This document shows positions 63,800-64,000 of a stretch of DNA of 64,000 nucleotides, piece after piece. Below the pieces are notes generated by a model. The model was not told the DNA's origin. It worked only from the letters and a program-made list of their open reading frames with translations, and searched no databases. Position 1 is the first letter of the stretch; the number at the start of each line of letters is the position of its first letter. Source of the stretch: Amphiscolops sp. MND2022 (taxonomy: Eukaryota); contig OZ076410.1 in the NCBI GenBank assembly GCA_964187785.1, positions 80,848,001 to 80,912,000 of the forward strand, read 5' to 3'. The translations under genes were made by a program, and so were the position numbers.

Positions 63800-64000
63800 T
63801 AGTACACCAGGGGCTGATTTAGAGTGGTCACCCTATGGGGATATCTAGAAAATAACTTCATCGCATGCGATAGCCTGCGATACTCCCCTGGGTACGAGAA
63901 CAAAAGAGTCTGCTTCCATTCCAGCCTGGAAAGCATTGCACCATGCCATTCTTTCCCTGTGTGTTCCGCCGTCGACATGTATGCATTCCGTATATCCTAT
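63800..64000 (-). pseudogene. Diverged relative of the Gypsy accessory ORF; runs off the window end
   Basis: cctgcgatactcccctgggtacgagaa..ccattccagcctggaaagcatt aligns with cctgcgacactccccaggggacgagaa..gcattcctgcttggaaggcatt (22911-22972). Peptides LFSYPGEYRRL vs LFSSPGVCQRL. Confidence 0.6.

Noticed and set aside
1-64000. tRNA or rRNA genes, prokaryotic defence or retron systems
   Set aside because: The only tRNA-like sequences are short PBS complements. The RT is a Gypsy type with adjacent RNase H and integrase, and spliceosomal introns show the DNA is eukaryotic.

Overview
AT-rich eukaryotic (invertebrate animal-like) DNA dominated by decayed transposons and local duplications. No rRNA, tRNA genes, CRISPR arrays or prokaryotic operons were seen. 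The repeat and lectin content resembles acoel flatworm assemblies, but that is inference only. Layout: (1) last two coding exons of a host gene with an acidic/basic C-terminus (521-680, 1435-1775); (2) MITEs and satellites, then a ~9.3 kb palindrome (arms 4225-8405 and 9507-13507) carrying possible Maverick/Polinton capsid-like remnants; (3) hAT-type and TA-flanked MITEs (14.6-17.1 kb); (4) a signal peptide + PAN/apple + C-type lectin gene. Its exons 1-2 (18420-18795, 19086-19328) splice in frame to a lectin exon at 55957-56267 across a predicted 36.6 kb intron; (5) inside that intron: a tandem duplication that made a pseudogenised copy of exons 1-2, three copies of a Ty3/Gypsy 5' end, a decayed zinc-finger/transposase-like gene, a near full-length decayed Ty3/Gypsy element (minus strand), and a gag-only LTR element with a canonical UUUAAAC -1 frameshift signal leading into an acidic ORF with no recognisable pol domains; (6) a very young 5.45 kb LTR element with near-identical 746 bp LTRs and no recognisable gag/pol; (7) a foldback MITE. 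All calls were made by eye. Identities and family assignments are estimates and need alignment or HMM confirmation.
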